Counted from the first letter of the stretch, positions 1-8,554 are shown. The stretch is 64,000 bases of DNA from Candidatus Sulfotelmatobacter sp. (GCA_049583505.1 JBAUVZ010000217.1:362-64361), one strand, 5' to 3'. The notes: generated by a model from the sequence alone, not told the origin. Made by a program: numbers and translations.

Positions 1-92
1 CCGTACTTCTCGTCGATCACCCGCTTGAATTCCGCCGGGATCTTTAACCGTCCCTTTTCGTCGACGCGAGTTGGGTGATTGCCGCGAAACAT
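1..92 (-). CDS. mraZ: Transcriptional regulator MraZ, N-terminal fragment (gene continues past the left edge)
   Basis: Reverse complement of 1-92 reads ATG TTT CGC GGC AAT... = [30 protein letters not shown], the conserved MraZ N-terminus (KGRxxIP motif). Absent from the ORF track because it is truncated. Confidence 0.8.
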   Translation of the reverse strand, partial: MFRGNHPTRVDEKGRLKIPAEFKRVIDEKY

Positions 93-290
93 GTGTAAAG
101 CCTCTGCGGAGGCCGGTTCCCTTTACGGGTCTGCTCTTTCTGTTAGCCACTACGACTGCAACAAGGGAGGTAAAAGCAGCGCAAAGTTCGGTCAAACTCG
201 GGTGGTTCGGGCTGTTTGTCGTGCTTTTGGGTCGGTTTCCCACCGGCTCCTCTTTGTCAGCTTCCTGTTCCCACGACTGCAACTGTCTTG

Positions 291-315
291 ACCACTCTGT
301 GCCACTTTGTACCAC
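291..315 (-). promoter_or_regulatory. Three direct GTGG(T/C) repeats with exact 10-bp spacing (putative MraZ operator)
   Basis: The plus strand shows ACCAC at 291-295, GCCAC at 301-305 and ACCAC at 311-315. On the minus strand this reads GTGGTacaaaGTGGCacagaGTGGT, immediately downstream of the putative -10 box. Confidence 0.55.
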
Positions 316-343
316 ATCTTACCCGTAAGTCATTGATTGTCAA
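316..343 (-). promoter_or_regulatory. Sigma70-like promoter upstream of mraZ (Pmra)
   Basis: Minus strand has TTGACA (338-343), a 16-nt spacer, then TAAGAT (316-321). This sits about 225 nt upstream of the mraZ ATG at 92. Confidence 0.5.
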
Positions 344-531
344 GCACAAACTTGAAGGTAGGGGTCCCACTCCGGAAGTGATTTGGCAAAATACGATCCG
401 TTGTGGTTAACCACAAAGACGACCACAAGGGGTTGGGTTTACGGTCCGGGTTCCTTCGCTATTTATTCGCTTAGATTTCTCTTGCACTCCGCGCTGCTGG
501 CGGACTTTCCTGTGGAAAACACTGGCGGATC

Positions 532-1533
532 TCAATACACCGCATTCCCTGCGCGGCTGGTGTGGACCTGTCCCGACACTACCGAGATCAAGTAAGGCTC
601 GCCGCCGTCGCCCCTCCAGGCCCGTACGTCGAACGTGGCTCCCGTGGGCGCCCGGTAGGCGGCGACATTGCGCAGGGTCAACGGCTGGCCGGGCTTCGAT
701 ACCTCCGGTGCGTCGGTGATTTGCAGAAAATAAACGCCGAGCCCAGTGCCCACCACCTTCGCTCTGCCGCTAGCCTCTACCAGCAAAGCCGATTTCTCAT
801 CGATGGCAATTTCGCGCGGCGTTTTCGACCACCCATCCTCGACGATCCGCGCCAGGAATCCCAGGCCGCGCCCCATGCGGTCGCGCTTCGCAAAATGACT
901 GTCGGTGAGAATGTTATCCAAGCCGGGAATCTTCAGAAAATCGCGTACCACGGTCACCCGCTTGATGTAGGGATCGGCGAGCACCTCGCGCGACGTCAGG
1001 TCGGCATCATCCGGCTTGTCTTCCAGGCACCCGTAGACAAACTGTCCCAGCACCGCCAATCCCGCGCTGGTTCCGCCGATGGGCTTACCCGCAGCCACGT
1101 GCGCGTTAATGGCATCCTCGACCGGAGTTCCCTTCCAGAAGTTGACGTAGCGAGACTGGTCGCCGCCGGCAATGAAAATCACCTCGGCTTGCCCGATGAT
1201 CTCAGCCACCCGTGGCAGCTGCGCTGCTTTCCGGCTGGGAATGATCAGCGTAGCCACTGAATTCATCTGACATAGACTGGCGACGTAGGGGTTGTAATCG
1301 GCGCCGCCGTGCGCCCGCACGACCAGGAAGTCGCCGCCATTGGCCTTCGCGCATAGCCAGCGAAACGCTTCGTCCAGATCGCTGCCCCCACCCATCATGG
1401 CTACTCCGGCTTCGGCGCGAGTTTGCACGTCCTGCGGGTTACCCTGGCGAATGTACTCGAAATCAGCCGCTTGGCTGACTGCGGCAGTGCCGCACAGCAC
1501 CAGACTGAAAAGCAAGAAGGGCGGGAATCTCAT
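532..1533 (-). CDS. Peptidase S51 family, cyanophycinase-like, secreted
   Basis: Contains IFIAGGDQSRY and IGGTSAGLAVLG (Ser nucleophile context typical of S51/cyanophycinase). Sec signal MRFPPFLLFSLVLCGTAAVSQA when started at ATG 1533; the ORF-track start at 1554 is a TTG. Confidence 0.75.
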   Translation of the reverse strand: MRFPPFLLFSLVLCGTAAVSQAADFEYIRQGNPQDVQTRAEAGVAMMGGGSDLDEAFRWLCAKANGGDFLVVRAHGGADYNPYVASLCQMNSVATLIIPSRKAAQLPRVAEIIGQAEVIFIAGGDQSRYVNFWKGTPVEDAINAHVAAGKPIGGTSAGLAVLGQFVYGCLEDKPDDADLTSREVLADPYIKRVTVVRDFLKIPGLDNILTDSHFAKRDRMGRGLGFLARIVEDGWSKTPREIAIDEKSALLVEASGRAKVVGTGLGVYFLQITDAPEVSKPGQPLTLRNVAAYRAPTGATFDVRAWRGDGGEPYLISVVSGQVHTSRAGNAVY

Positions 1534-1652
1534 GATCCGACGACTATACCGCAAGAAGATTGATGTGTAGTTGAAGGCGGTTTGATCGCCATCGGCTCAC
1601 AAATAGGTGTAGACTTCGTCCGTTTGTTCAATGATGACTTCCGGAGGAACTT

Positions 1653-2078
1653 ATGCATCTCAACCGAGGCAGGATTTGGCTCGGTGGTCTGGCAGGAGGC
1701 GTGGTCTGGACAATCTGGAGTTTTCTCGTCGGCCACTTTGTCATCACCGATGCGCGTTACCTGGCGGCCCAGAATGCTGGGCTGTTCCTGAAAACACCGC
1801 GCTATCCGTTCTTCGCAGTCCAGTGGACCGTCCTCCTGTTTATTCTGGCGATCGCGATCGCGCATCTTTATGCCTGGGCACGTCAGACTCTGGGAGCCGG
1901 TCCCGGCAGCGCGCTGAAGATTGGCTTTCTGGCCGGCTTTTTCGCCGGCTTTCCAGATAACTTCGGGCAGGCTACCTGGTCCGCTATCGACCGCGGACTT
2001 CCTTTTGGCTGGATGATCGACATGTGGCTGGGCGCCATCCTGGCCGCGCTGGTTGCGGGCTGGGTGTACAAAGACTAG
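1653..2078 (+). CDS. Small integral membrane protein (about 4 TM), function unknown
   Basis: 141-aa ORF with hydrophobic segments (GGLAGGVVWTIWSFLVGHF, WTVLLFILAIAIAHLYAW, IGFLAGFFAGF, WLGAILAALVAGWVY). Confidence 0.6.
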   Translation: MHLNRGRIWLGGLAGGVVWTIWSFLVGHFVITDARYLAAQNAGLFLKTPRYPFFAVQWTVLLFILAIAIAHLYAWARQTLGAGPGSALKIGFLAGFFAGFPDNFGQATWSAIDRGLPFGWMIDMWLGAILAALVAGWVYKD

Positions 2079-2086
2079 CGAGATTG

Positions 2087-2452
2087 CTACTTCGACGGTT
2101 CGACGAAGACCGCGGTCCCGTAGGCCAGCACTTCGGTGACACCTTGCATCACTTCGGTCGCGTCGTAGCGGGCACCTACCACAGCGTTGCCGCCCAGTTC
2201 TGCGGCATGCTGCAGCATGAGGTCGAAAGCTTCGGCGCGCGTTTTCTCGCACAAGTTGGTGAGCAGGGTGATATTGCCGCCAACCAGCGTTTGCAATCCC
2301 GCGCCGATCGTGCCGAAGATCGAGCGGGAGCGCACGACGATGCCGCGCACCACCCCCAGCGTGCGCGTCACGCGAAAACCATCCAGCTCGAACTGCGTCG
2401 TGACCATATTATGCGCCACCATCCGTCCGCCGCCTGCGTAGCTCGTCGCCAT
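2087..2452 (-). CDS. YbjQ/UPF0145 family heavy-metal-binding-domain protein
   Basis: Shows [15 protein letters not shown]...GGN...R.EA...M...[13 protein letters not shown], the characteristic YbjQ pattern. Confidence 0.8.
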   Translation of the reverse strand: MATSYAGGGRMVAHNMVTTQFELDGFRVTRTLGVVRGIVVRSRSIFGTIGAGLQTLVGGNITLLTNLCEKTRAEAFDLMLQHAAELGGNAVVGARYDATEVMQGVTEVLAYGTAVFVEPSK

Positions 2453-2559
2453 CGCGTCATTCCTTTCTGAATCTGGATCCCGATTGTTCTTTTGCCGAGC
2501 AGCTAACTATAGCGCGATTACGATCGAGAATCAGCCATAGAGAGGATCTGGCCACCAAG

Positions 2560-2739
2560 TCACTCCAGCGCCGCCGCAATGAAGAATTCCTGCGACGCCA
2601 CATCGTACTTAACCTGCAACACATTCGGCTTACAGCAGACCTGGCAGTCTTCGACGTAGCTCTGCCGGTGTCCCGCGAACTCATCGACCGTGGTGGCATT
2701 CCACTCGCCGCAACCTGCACACTGAAAGCCGCATTCCAT
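2560..2739 (-). CDS. CPXCG motif-containing cysteine-rich protein
   Basis: CAGCGE...YVEDCQVCCKPN matches the CPxCG...EDCxVCCxP family signature. I preferred ATG 2739 over the longer ORF-track start at 2775. Confidence 0.65.
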   Translation of the reverse strand: MECGFQCAGCGEWNATTVDEFAGHRQSYVEDCQVCCKPNVLQVKYDVASQEFFIAAALE

Positions 2740-2846
2740 GAGGCAATTATGCCGCAGTTCCTTCGCGACCAGCACACCTACTGTTAAGTGGACATTTCAA
2801 CTGCCCTATAATGGCCGGACCCTTATTCTTTTGATTTGGAGGCTTC

Positions 2847-4163
2847 ATGATTTCGCGGCGGCGGTTTCTGGAAGTGGGCAGCGCAGCGGCAGGAGCCGCC
2901 GCCATGGCTCGTCCCCTGCTGGCCTCTAGCACCCCAACAGACGAAAAGACGAATGACTCTTCCCTGCCACCTTCTGTGGCGCGCTTGCAGTCGCGCAGGG
3001 GCGATGCCATTCCTATTACTCGCGAGGAACGGCACGAACGCCAGAAGCACGCCCGCACGCTGATGCGCGAGAACGCGCTTGACGGCATCGTGCTCATGGA
3101 AGGCACGTCACTGAGCTACTTCACCGGTATTCGTTGGTGGGGAGGCGAACGCCTGTTCGCGCTGGTTCTGCCAGCCAAAGGCGCGGAATTCTATGTGTGC
3201 CCGGCATTTGAAGAAGGCCGCGCGCGCGAGCAGATCTCCGGCGCGCCCGACGGCGAGAATCCTGATGTGCGCACCTGGCAGGAAGACGAAAGCCCCTACC
3301 AGCGCGTGGCGCAAGGCCTTAAAGAACGCGGCATGGGCAGCGGCAGGCTGGGGATCGAAGAGACGGTGCGCTTCTTCTTCTCCGATGGAATTGCCCAGGC
3401 CGCTCCGCAAGTCACGCTTACTAGCGCGACGCCTGTCACTGCGGGTTGCCGCCGGATCAAGAGCGCGCACGAGATCGCCCTGATGCGTTTGGCTAACCAG
3501 GTAACGCTGGCCGCGTACGAGGCCGTCTATCACGCGCTCCGCGAAGGCATGACGCAGCAGCAGGTGGAGGATTTGGTTGCAGCGGCTTACGGACAGCTTG
3601 GCTTCCCCGGCGAGGCCAGTGTACAGGTCGGTGAGTACTCCGCCCTGCCTCACGGATCGAGCACGCCGCAGGTGATTCGCGAAGGTTCGATCGTCATGAT
3701 TGACGATGGCTGCGACGTGGAAGGGTATCAATCGGACATCACGCGCACGTTCGTGCTGGGCAAGGCCTCCGAAAGAGTCGGCGACGAGATGAACAAAGTC
3801 TTCGAAATTGTGCACCGGGCGCAGTCGGCTGCATTGGCTGCGGCGCGTCCCGGAGCGGAATGCGGCTCCATCGATGCGGCGGCTCGAAAAGTAATTACTG
3901 ACGCGGGGTACGGGCCCGATTACAAATACTTTACCCACCGCCTGGGCCACGGCATCGGCCTGGACGGGCACGAGTGGCCTTATCTCGTCCGCGGCAACAC
4001 CACCAAGCTTGCATCTAACATGACTTTCAGCGACGAGCCCGGCATCTACATTCGAGGCGAATTCGGCATTCGCCTTGAAGACGATATGCACATCACGGAA
4101 AACGGGGGGGAGTTATTCACGCCGCAAAGTCCGTCGCTCGAAGATCCCTTCGGGAAAGGGTGA
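2847..4163 (+). CDS. M24 family Xaa-Pro peptidase with Tat signal
   Basis: N-terminal twin-arginine signal MISRRRFLEVGSAAAGAAAMA. The C-terminal pita-bread fold motifs are present (DDGCDVEGYQSDITRTF, HRLGHGIGLDGHE, SDEPGIY, IRLED). GGAGG lies 4 nt upstream of the ATG. Confidence 0.85.
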   Translation: MISRRRFLEVGSAAAGAAAMARPLLASSTPTDEKTNDSSLPPSVARLQSRRGDAIPITREERHERQKHARTLMRENALDGIVLMEGTSLSYFTGIRWWGGERLFALVLPAKGAEFYVCPAFEEGRAREQISGAPDGENPDVRTWQEDESPYQRVAQGLKERGMGSGRLGIEETVRFFFSDGIAQAAPQVTLTSATPVTAGCRRIKSAHEIALMRLANQVTLAAYEAVYHALREGMTQQQVEDLVAAAYGQLGFPGEASVQVGEYSALPHGSSTPQVIREGSIVMIDDGCDVEGYQSDITRTFVLGKASERVGDEMNKVFEIVHRAQSAALAAARPGAECGSIDAAARKVITDAGYGPDYKYFTHRLGHGIGLDGHEWPYLVRGNTTKLASNMTFSDEPGIYIRGEFGIRLEDDMHITENGGELFTPQSPSLEDPFGKG

Positions 4164-4201
4164 GAACTGCAATCTTCATCCCCACCTGCGGTTTCTCTGC
4201 T

Positions 4202-5083
4202 TCACCAGCGCAACTGGCGAAGGTAGTCGTAGCTGGTTTTGATGCTCTCGAACGGCGCTTTAGGCTTGTCGTGTTCGACGATGTAGTGCTTGATACCCGC
4301 CTTCTCGGATTGCGCAAAGATCCGCTTCCAGTCGATGACGCCGCTGCCGACTTCGGTCATGTCTTTGAGCGAGTCGCCGAAATCCTGGCCACCCGCTGCG
4401 GAAACGTTCGGAAGCTTCTTCATATCCTTGACGTGGACCAGGGGGAAGCGTCCGGGATAACGGTCGAAATACTTGAGCGGATCGCCGCCGCCGACGGTGA
4501 TCCAGCAGAGGTCAAGCTCCATCTTGACCAGGTTCGGGTCGCAAGTCTCGAGAAGAAAATCGTACGGCAGTTTTCCGTTGACGGGGAGGAACTCGAACCA
4601 GTGATTGTGATAGCCAAACTGGATGCCGGCCTTCTTGCTGGCGTCGCCGGCGCGGTTGAAGGCTTCAGCGGCACGCTTCCAGCCGTCCGGCTGATTGCGG
4701 ATTTCTTCGGGGATCCAGGGACAGATGATGTAACTCTGACCGATGATCTTGGCGGACTCGATCTGCTCCGGCCATTTGTCGCCGAGGACATCCCAATCGA
4801 CATGGCAGGAGGGTGAGACCAGACCATGGCGGTCGATAGCGGCGCGCAGCTCTTTGGGCGAGTGATCGAAATATCCCGCGAATTCGACTTCCTGGTAGCC
4901 GATCGCGGCAACTTTGGCCAGCGTGCCGTCGAAGTTCGCCTTCATCTCGTCGCGCACGGTGTAAAGCTCCACGCCGAGCTTTTCGATCTTGTGGTCCGCC
5001 GCGGCCCAGCCTATTCGGTTGGTCAGCAGCGTGGCGGCGGTAACGGTGGTGGCGGTCTCAAGGAAGGCGCGACGATTCATCAT
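4202..5083 (-). CDS. Sugar phosphate isomerase/epimerase (xylose isomerase-like TIM barrel), Tat-exported
   Basis: Tat signal MMNRRAFLETATTVTAATLL. Family pattern YQEVEFAG...GYHNHWFEF...ELDLCW. Confidence 0.8.
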   Translation of the reverse strand: MMNRRAFLETATTVTAATLLTNRIGWAAADHKIEKLGVELYTVRDEMKANFDGTLAKVAAIGYQEVEFAGYFDHSPKELRAAIDRHGLVSPSCHVDWDVLGDKWPEQIESAKIIGQSYIICPWIPEEIRNQPDGWKRAAEAFNRAGDASKKAGIQFGYHNHWFEFLPVNGKLPYDFLLETCDPNLVKMELDLCWITVGGGDPLKYFDRYPGRFPLVHVKDMKKLPNVSAAGGQDFGDSLKDMTEVGSGVIDWKRIFAQSEKAGIKHYIVEHDKPKAPFESIKTSYDYLRQLRW

Positions 5084-5211
5084 GGCAGTTCTCCGAAGTG
5101 CCGGTCAGAATGCGAGGCAATTATACGCACGAGAGGATGGCAGGAGGAGCGTCGCTGTCGAATGGGAAGGAGCGCGGCAACGCCAAGGCAGGCGCTGCCG
5201 GGCTGGGCTTG

Positions 5212-5754
5212 TTACTTCGATGGCACGACTTGAAGATTGTTGGTCACCGAGAAAGTGCCGGAGACCCCGTTCGCACGGATTCCGGCCAGGTTCTTGTCGC
5301 CGTCGTTGTCGACCACGCCTTCGAGAGCGACGTGGCCATTCTTCACGATGATGCGAATCGGCTTCTGCACGCCCAAGGCGTACTTCTCCAGCGCGGGATA
5401 CCCATAGATCGCGCGGTATAAACGCAGGCGCAGGCGATCATCCATGGGCGAGGGAGGAAGTACTTCGATCTGGTTATCCACCTTCTCCACGCCTTCGATG
5501 CGCTTCACTACGTTCTCGGAATCGGACTTGAGTGTAGGCCGCGTGACTTGCCCGAGCAGCGTGACAGTGAAGCCGTCCACTTTATAGGCGATATTATCGA
5601 ACACGCCGAAGTAAGGGAGCATGAGAAGCTCATGGCGAACTTCCCGGGTGATGCGTTCTTGCGACTTGGCCGAGGGCTGGTCACGATCCTGAGCAAGGCC
5701 CAGCGTCGCGATCGATAACAAAGTGATGACGAGAACCGGTAACCTGCACCTCAT
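5212..5754 (-). CDS. BON domain-containing secreted protein (two BON repeats)
   Basis: Signal peptide MRCRLPVLVITLLSIATLGLAQ. Two BON-like segments are present (VTLLGQV..P..K...E..V..I.GV..V.N.I.V and VALEGVVDNDGDK.LA...A..V.G...V.N.L.V). Confidence 0.75.
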   Translation of the reverse strand: MRCRLPVLVITLLSIATLGLAQDRDQPSAKSQERITREVRHELLMLPYFGVFDNIAYKVDGFTVTLLGQVTRPTLKSDSENVVKRIEGVEKVDNQIEVLPPSPMDDRLRLRLYRAIYGYPALEKYALGVQKPIRIIVKNGHVALEGVVDNDGDKNLAGIRANGVSGTFSVTNNLQVVPSK

Positions 5755-5988
5755 AATGGTTTCTCCTTTCTCGAACTTTTCTGGAACGGCCAGTTTACTC
5801 CAGGCTGTCGCCCATTGGGAAGGTAACAGGGTCTACCGTGTTTGCCGTAGACTGCAATTCGTGTGAAAGATAATCAGTCACAACACGATTTGCTGGAGGA
5901 CGCCAGCGAACTATTCAGGCGCAAAGAAGCGGTAGCTCAAGCCGTGAATGCTAAGACTTTTCTGGAACTGGTGGCGGCGTTGAACGCG

Positions 5989-6037
5989 CCGGTGCAGTGA
6001 GCAGGGGAGAGGATTTGGTTCCCGCTGACTGCACCGG
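5989..6037. terminator. Long imperfect hairpin 3' of the 6052-6669 gene and of a possible small plus-strand ORF
   Basis: CCGGTGCAGT (5989-5998) pairs perfectly with ACTGCACCGG (6028-6037). The stem extends through AGC/GCT and GGG/CCC, and the loop is about 14 nt. There is no U-tract on either side. Confidence 0.35.
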
Positions 6038-6051
6038 CGGCCTTGCCCGGT

Positions 6052-6669
6052 TCAAGCCGAAACGTTGAGGCCTCCGCTTGGAGAGGAGCTGCTTGAGGAA
6101 CTGCTGGCGGAAGAGGAGTCGCCCAGCAGGTTCAGAACGATCTGCTCATTGCTGTTGGGATTCAGATTGAAGGTAATCTCCTGGGCGTTGGAACCCTGGT
6201 TGCCAAAGCTGAGAGAGACCTGGTCTTCTCCGCCGTTGGCGGAGTTGCTGATGTCGATGGTGATCTGCTCAGGGCTCGTATTGCTGCTGTTGTTGCTGAG
6301 GTTGATGATAATTTCGGGGCCGCTGCTGGAGGCGGGGCTGGTGCTGGGCGGGTCTTCCGCGCCTGTCCCTCGTTGAAACGTGCTTTCGAGGGTACTGAAG
6401 GCTTGCTGGGCACCCGCCAGGTCTCCCGATTGCAGGGCTTGTCCGAGGGTGGTGAAATCCTGTTCCCGCTGGTTTTTCAGAAACGGATTTCCCCCCGCAA
6501 AGGGACCGCTTTGACCCAGCGCAACAATGTTGTTGTAGATGGTCTGAGCGCCAGCCAAGTCGCCGGACCCCAGCGCCTGTCCGAGTTGTTGCAGATCGCT
6601 CTGCCGAGTTTGAAAATACTGCTGCAGTTGCTGGTTCAACGAAATACTGGAAACGGCGGATGTCGACAT
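6052..6669 (-). CDS. Hypothetical protein with duplicated LGQALxSGDLAGAQ motif and Ser/Asn-rich C-terminus
   Basis: 205-aa ORF with no signal peptide. It has two copies of LGQAL(G/Q)SGDLAGAQ, a C-terminal alternating pattern (IIINLS, ITIDIS, ITFNLN, IVLNLL) and a poly-Ser tail. Confidence 0.6.
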   Translation of the reverse strand: MSTSAVSSISLNQQLQQYFQTRQSDLQQLGQALGSGDLAGAQTIYNNIVALGQSGPFAGGNPFLKNQREQDFTTLGQALQSGDLAGAQQAFSTLESTFQRGTGAEDPPSTSPASSSGPEIIINLSNNSSNTSPEQITIDISNSANGGEDQVSLSFGNQGSNAQEITFNLNPNSNEQIVLNLLGDSSSASSSSSSSSPSGGLNVSA

Positions 6670-6833
6670 TAGTGTCCCCTTAGGAATGGTGGATATGACG
6701 AGGAACTCTGTCTAGCCTCCTGTCATCCAAGGGCCACATCGGCTCTCGCCGGGACAAACTTTAGGTGTGCGGGTGCTCCGTTTCGGTTGAGATCTTCCCC
6801 AGCAAACTGCGTGGACAACAGGAAATGTCCTGA

Positions 6834-7334
6834 TCAAGCCGTTTGTGCCGGCTCGGGGTGGAACCCTTTTACCGCCAGGACGGCAAGCCCCACGAAAAGC
6901 ACCAGAACGACCAGCTGTGCAATCAGGAATGGCGGCTCTTTCTGGGTCGGTGCCAAAGCCTTCAGTGCTCCAACCTTTTCGAATAACTGCGCCACCAGAA
7001 CGAAGACATTTAGGTAGAGGGCCATGACGGCGCTGACGACGTAGATCGAGCGCCAGGCGCCGGCGAAATGCAAGAGATAGCGTGCCAGGATCGCAACCGC
7101 CAGTGCTACGAGTGAGATGATGCCGACCTTGTGCGACGGCAGAAGGTGATCGAATGGAAATCCGAACCCGGTTAGGCTCGTAGCCACAGTGGTGGCCAGA
7201 AAGAGTGCAGTCCAACCATCCATCCGCTTCCCGGTGAGGAATCCAAACATGACAACCAATCCGGAGCCGATTCCCACCAGGCTGATCAACACATGTAGGA
7301 GAGTGTATGTAGCCGTTGACATGCCGAAGATCAT
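6834..7334 (-). CDS. Integral membrane protein, function unknown
   Basis: 166-aa ORF with 4-5 clear hydrophobic helices. The longer overlapping ORF 6712-7383 is R/G/P-rich and looks like a shadow frame. Confidence 0.6.
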   Translation of the reverse strand: MIFGMSTATYTLLHVLISLVGIGSGLVVMFGFLTGKRMDGWTALFLATTVATSLTGFGFPFDHLLPSHKVGIISLVALAVAILARYLLHFAGAWRSIYVVSAVMALYLNVFVLVAQLFEKVGALKALAPTQKEPPFLIAQLVVLVLFVGLAVLAVKGFHPEPAQTA

Positions 7335-7457
7335 GCTCGTCCCCTTTCATAACACGATGTTCTTTACGTCCACCACGATACATTCATTCAGAAGCTCGGA
7401 CAAATTGCCTTGATGGTCTGGTCGCCACTAGAAAGGGGTACAGTTGCAGTGGGGCAA

Positions 7458-7730
7458 TTAGGGTTTGGCCGCCAGTTCCTGGCCACGTAGATGACCGGTA
7501 ATCGCCGACTTCAGCAGAAGTTCGTATATGTGTCTCGAAAGTTGGGCACCGCATTGGAGAAAAGGACGGGATGCACGGCAGTCGCTGCGGGGTTGAGGCA
7601 GGTCATTTTCCGGTACGCTGCTTTTCTGCTCTGGATCCATCCAGACAATCAAGCTATCGGTATCGAAAAAATAGCGAGCTTCCCCTAACTCACGGTCGAT
7701 GGAATACCGTTTGGACCTTATTATGTTCAT
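7458..7730 (-). CDS. Hypothetical protein (orphan), downstream partner of an overlapping gene pair
   Basis: 90-aa ORF whose ATG (7730) overlaps the upstream stop (ATGA, 7727-7730). I recognised no family. Confidence 0.4.
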   Translation of the reverse strand: MNIIRSKRYSIDRELGEARYFFDTDSLIVWMDPEQKSSVPENDLPQPRSDCRASRPFLQCGAQLSRHIYELLLKSAITGHLRGQELAAKP

Positions 7731-8050
7731 GGGACCTTCCTTCCCGCATCCCCGAGAGGATTCAGAGAGACCTTATCTTGATGCGAATATCGCCTGAACA
7801 GCCAGACCTCCTGCGGCGAACCGTAGCCGCGGGCGTAAGCTCCATTCGAGACAGCATAGGTCTTCAGTTCGCTCCAGTTCCATCGACTGCAAACAGGCGG
7901 CCGACGGCAAGGACAAAGCAACCTGTACTCTTCCGACGAGTCAGTCACCAAAGACACAAGGTACGCACCGTTGCGGTACGGACTAAACCCAATCAAGTAT
8001 CGGGCACTACATTCTGGACATTCTACGCAGTGACGAAGACGGTCAGCCAT
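7727..8050 (-). CDS. Hypothetical Cys-rich (zinc-ribbon-like) protein (orphan)
   Basis: CVECPEC...CPCRRPPVC cysteine pattern. ATG at 8050 is preferred over TTG at 8071. The opposite-strand ORF 7571-8104 is R/S-rich and looks non-coding. Confidence 0.45.
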   Translation of the reverse strand: MADRLRHCVECPECSARYLIGFSPYRNGAYLVSLVTDSSEEYRLLCPCRRPPVCSRWNWSELKTYAVSNGAYARGYGSPQEVWLFRRYSHQDKVSLNPLGDAGRKVP

Positions 8051-8554
8051 GCAGGTTCCAGTCAAAATCAAAATCGGTTACTGTTGGCGGAATCGAACAG
8101 ATAGAGAGCAGTAATTTCCTGCCCCGTGTCGGTTTGCTTCGTGCTTTAGCAACGTTCATTGAAGTTCCGTCGGCTTTGGCGCCAGGCAACGCGTCCGCCG
8201 GCTCCGAAGCTACGCCGAGGGGAGCGTAACCCGGCGCAACCCTTTCAAAACCAGATTTGGGACTAATAGACGGACAATAGGGACAAGATCACCACAAGGC
8301 AGGATTGACCTGGTGCGCGGGAGTTCCGAGAGTTAGTGGAATGCTCAAACCCACTCAATCATCCCGGAGGTTCGGCGGCCGCTGGCGACATCGACGCGCT
8401 CGATCTTGACGGGCACGCCGAGAACTTTCGCCTATATAGCCGGCCTCGATTGGGATGATGCCTGTAAACCGGGAGTAAGTGTCGACAAGTCATCCAGAAT
8501 CGTCGCATCGGCTGCAACATGCTGGTCTGGCTATCCGCTGTGTCCCGAACCAGG

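Noticed and set aside
501-510. GGAAAGTCCG on the minus strand, reminiscent of the RNase P RNA conserved GGAAAGUCCGG block
   Set aside because: None of the other universally conserved RNase P segments are present nearby (for example ACAGAACCCGGCUUA or the P4 partner). An isolated 10-mer is expected by chance.
562-1260. 232-aa plus-strand ORF antisense to the S51 peptidase gene
   Set aside because: Arg/Gly/Pro-rich shadow frame typical of high-GC DNA, and the opposite strand has clear family motifs. The same reasoning applies to 3108-4091, 13442-14188, 22549-23319, 24391-25413, 29017-29916, 32337-33077, 35724-36440, 46596-47387, 48100-48807, 51246-52001, 54796-55374 and 58112-58792.
5863-6000. 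Possible 45-aa plus-strand ORF (GTG start; MKDNQSQHDLLEDASELFRRKEAVAQAVNAKTFLELVAALNAPVQ) ending inside the 5989-6037 hairpin
   Set aside because: It looks helical and protein-like, but it has no Shine-Dalgarno sequence, a non-ATG start, and no recognisable family. It cannot be supported from sequence alone.
7571-8104. 177-aa plus-strand ORF covering the orphan gene pair
   Set aside because: The translation is strongly Arg/Ser-biased with no motifs. The minus-strand pair has an ATGA coupling and a cysteine pattern, so the minus strand is preferred, though with low confidence.
8083-8106. Minus-strand TTCGATTCCGCC-AACAGTA-ACC resembling a tRNA T-loop and 3' end, upstream of the orphan gene pair
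   Set aside because: The 5' T-stem partner and the tRNA body are absent, there is no CCA, and a TTCGATTCC 9-mer is expected about once by chance in 128 kb of two-strand sequence. This is not enough evidence for a tRNA or an att site.
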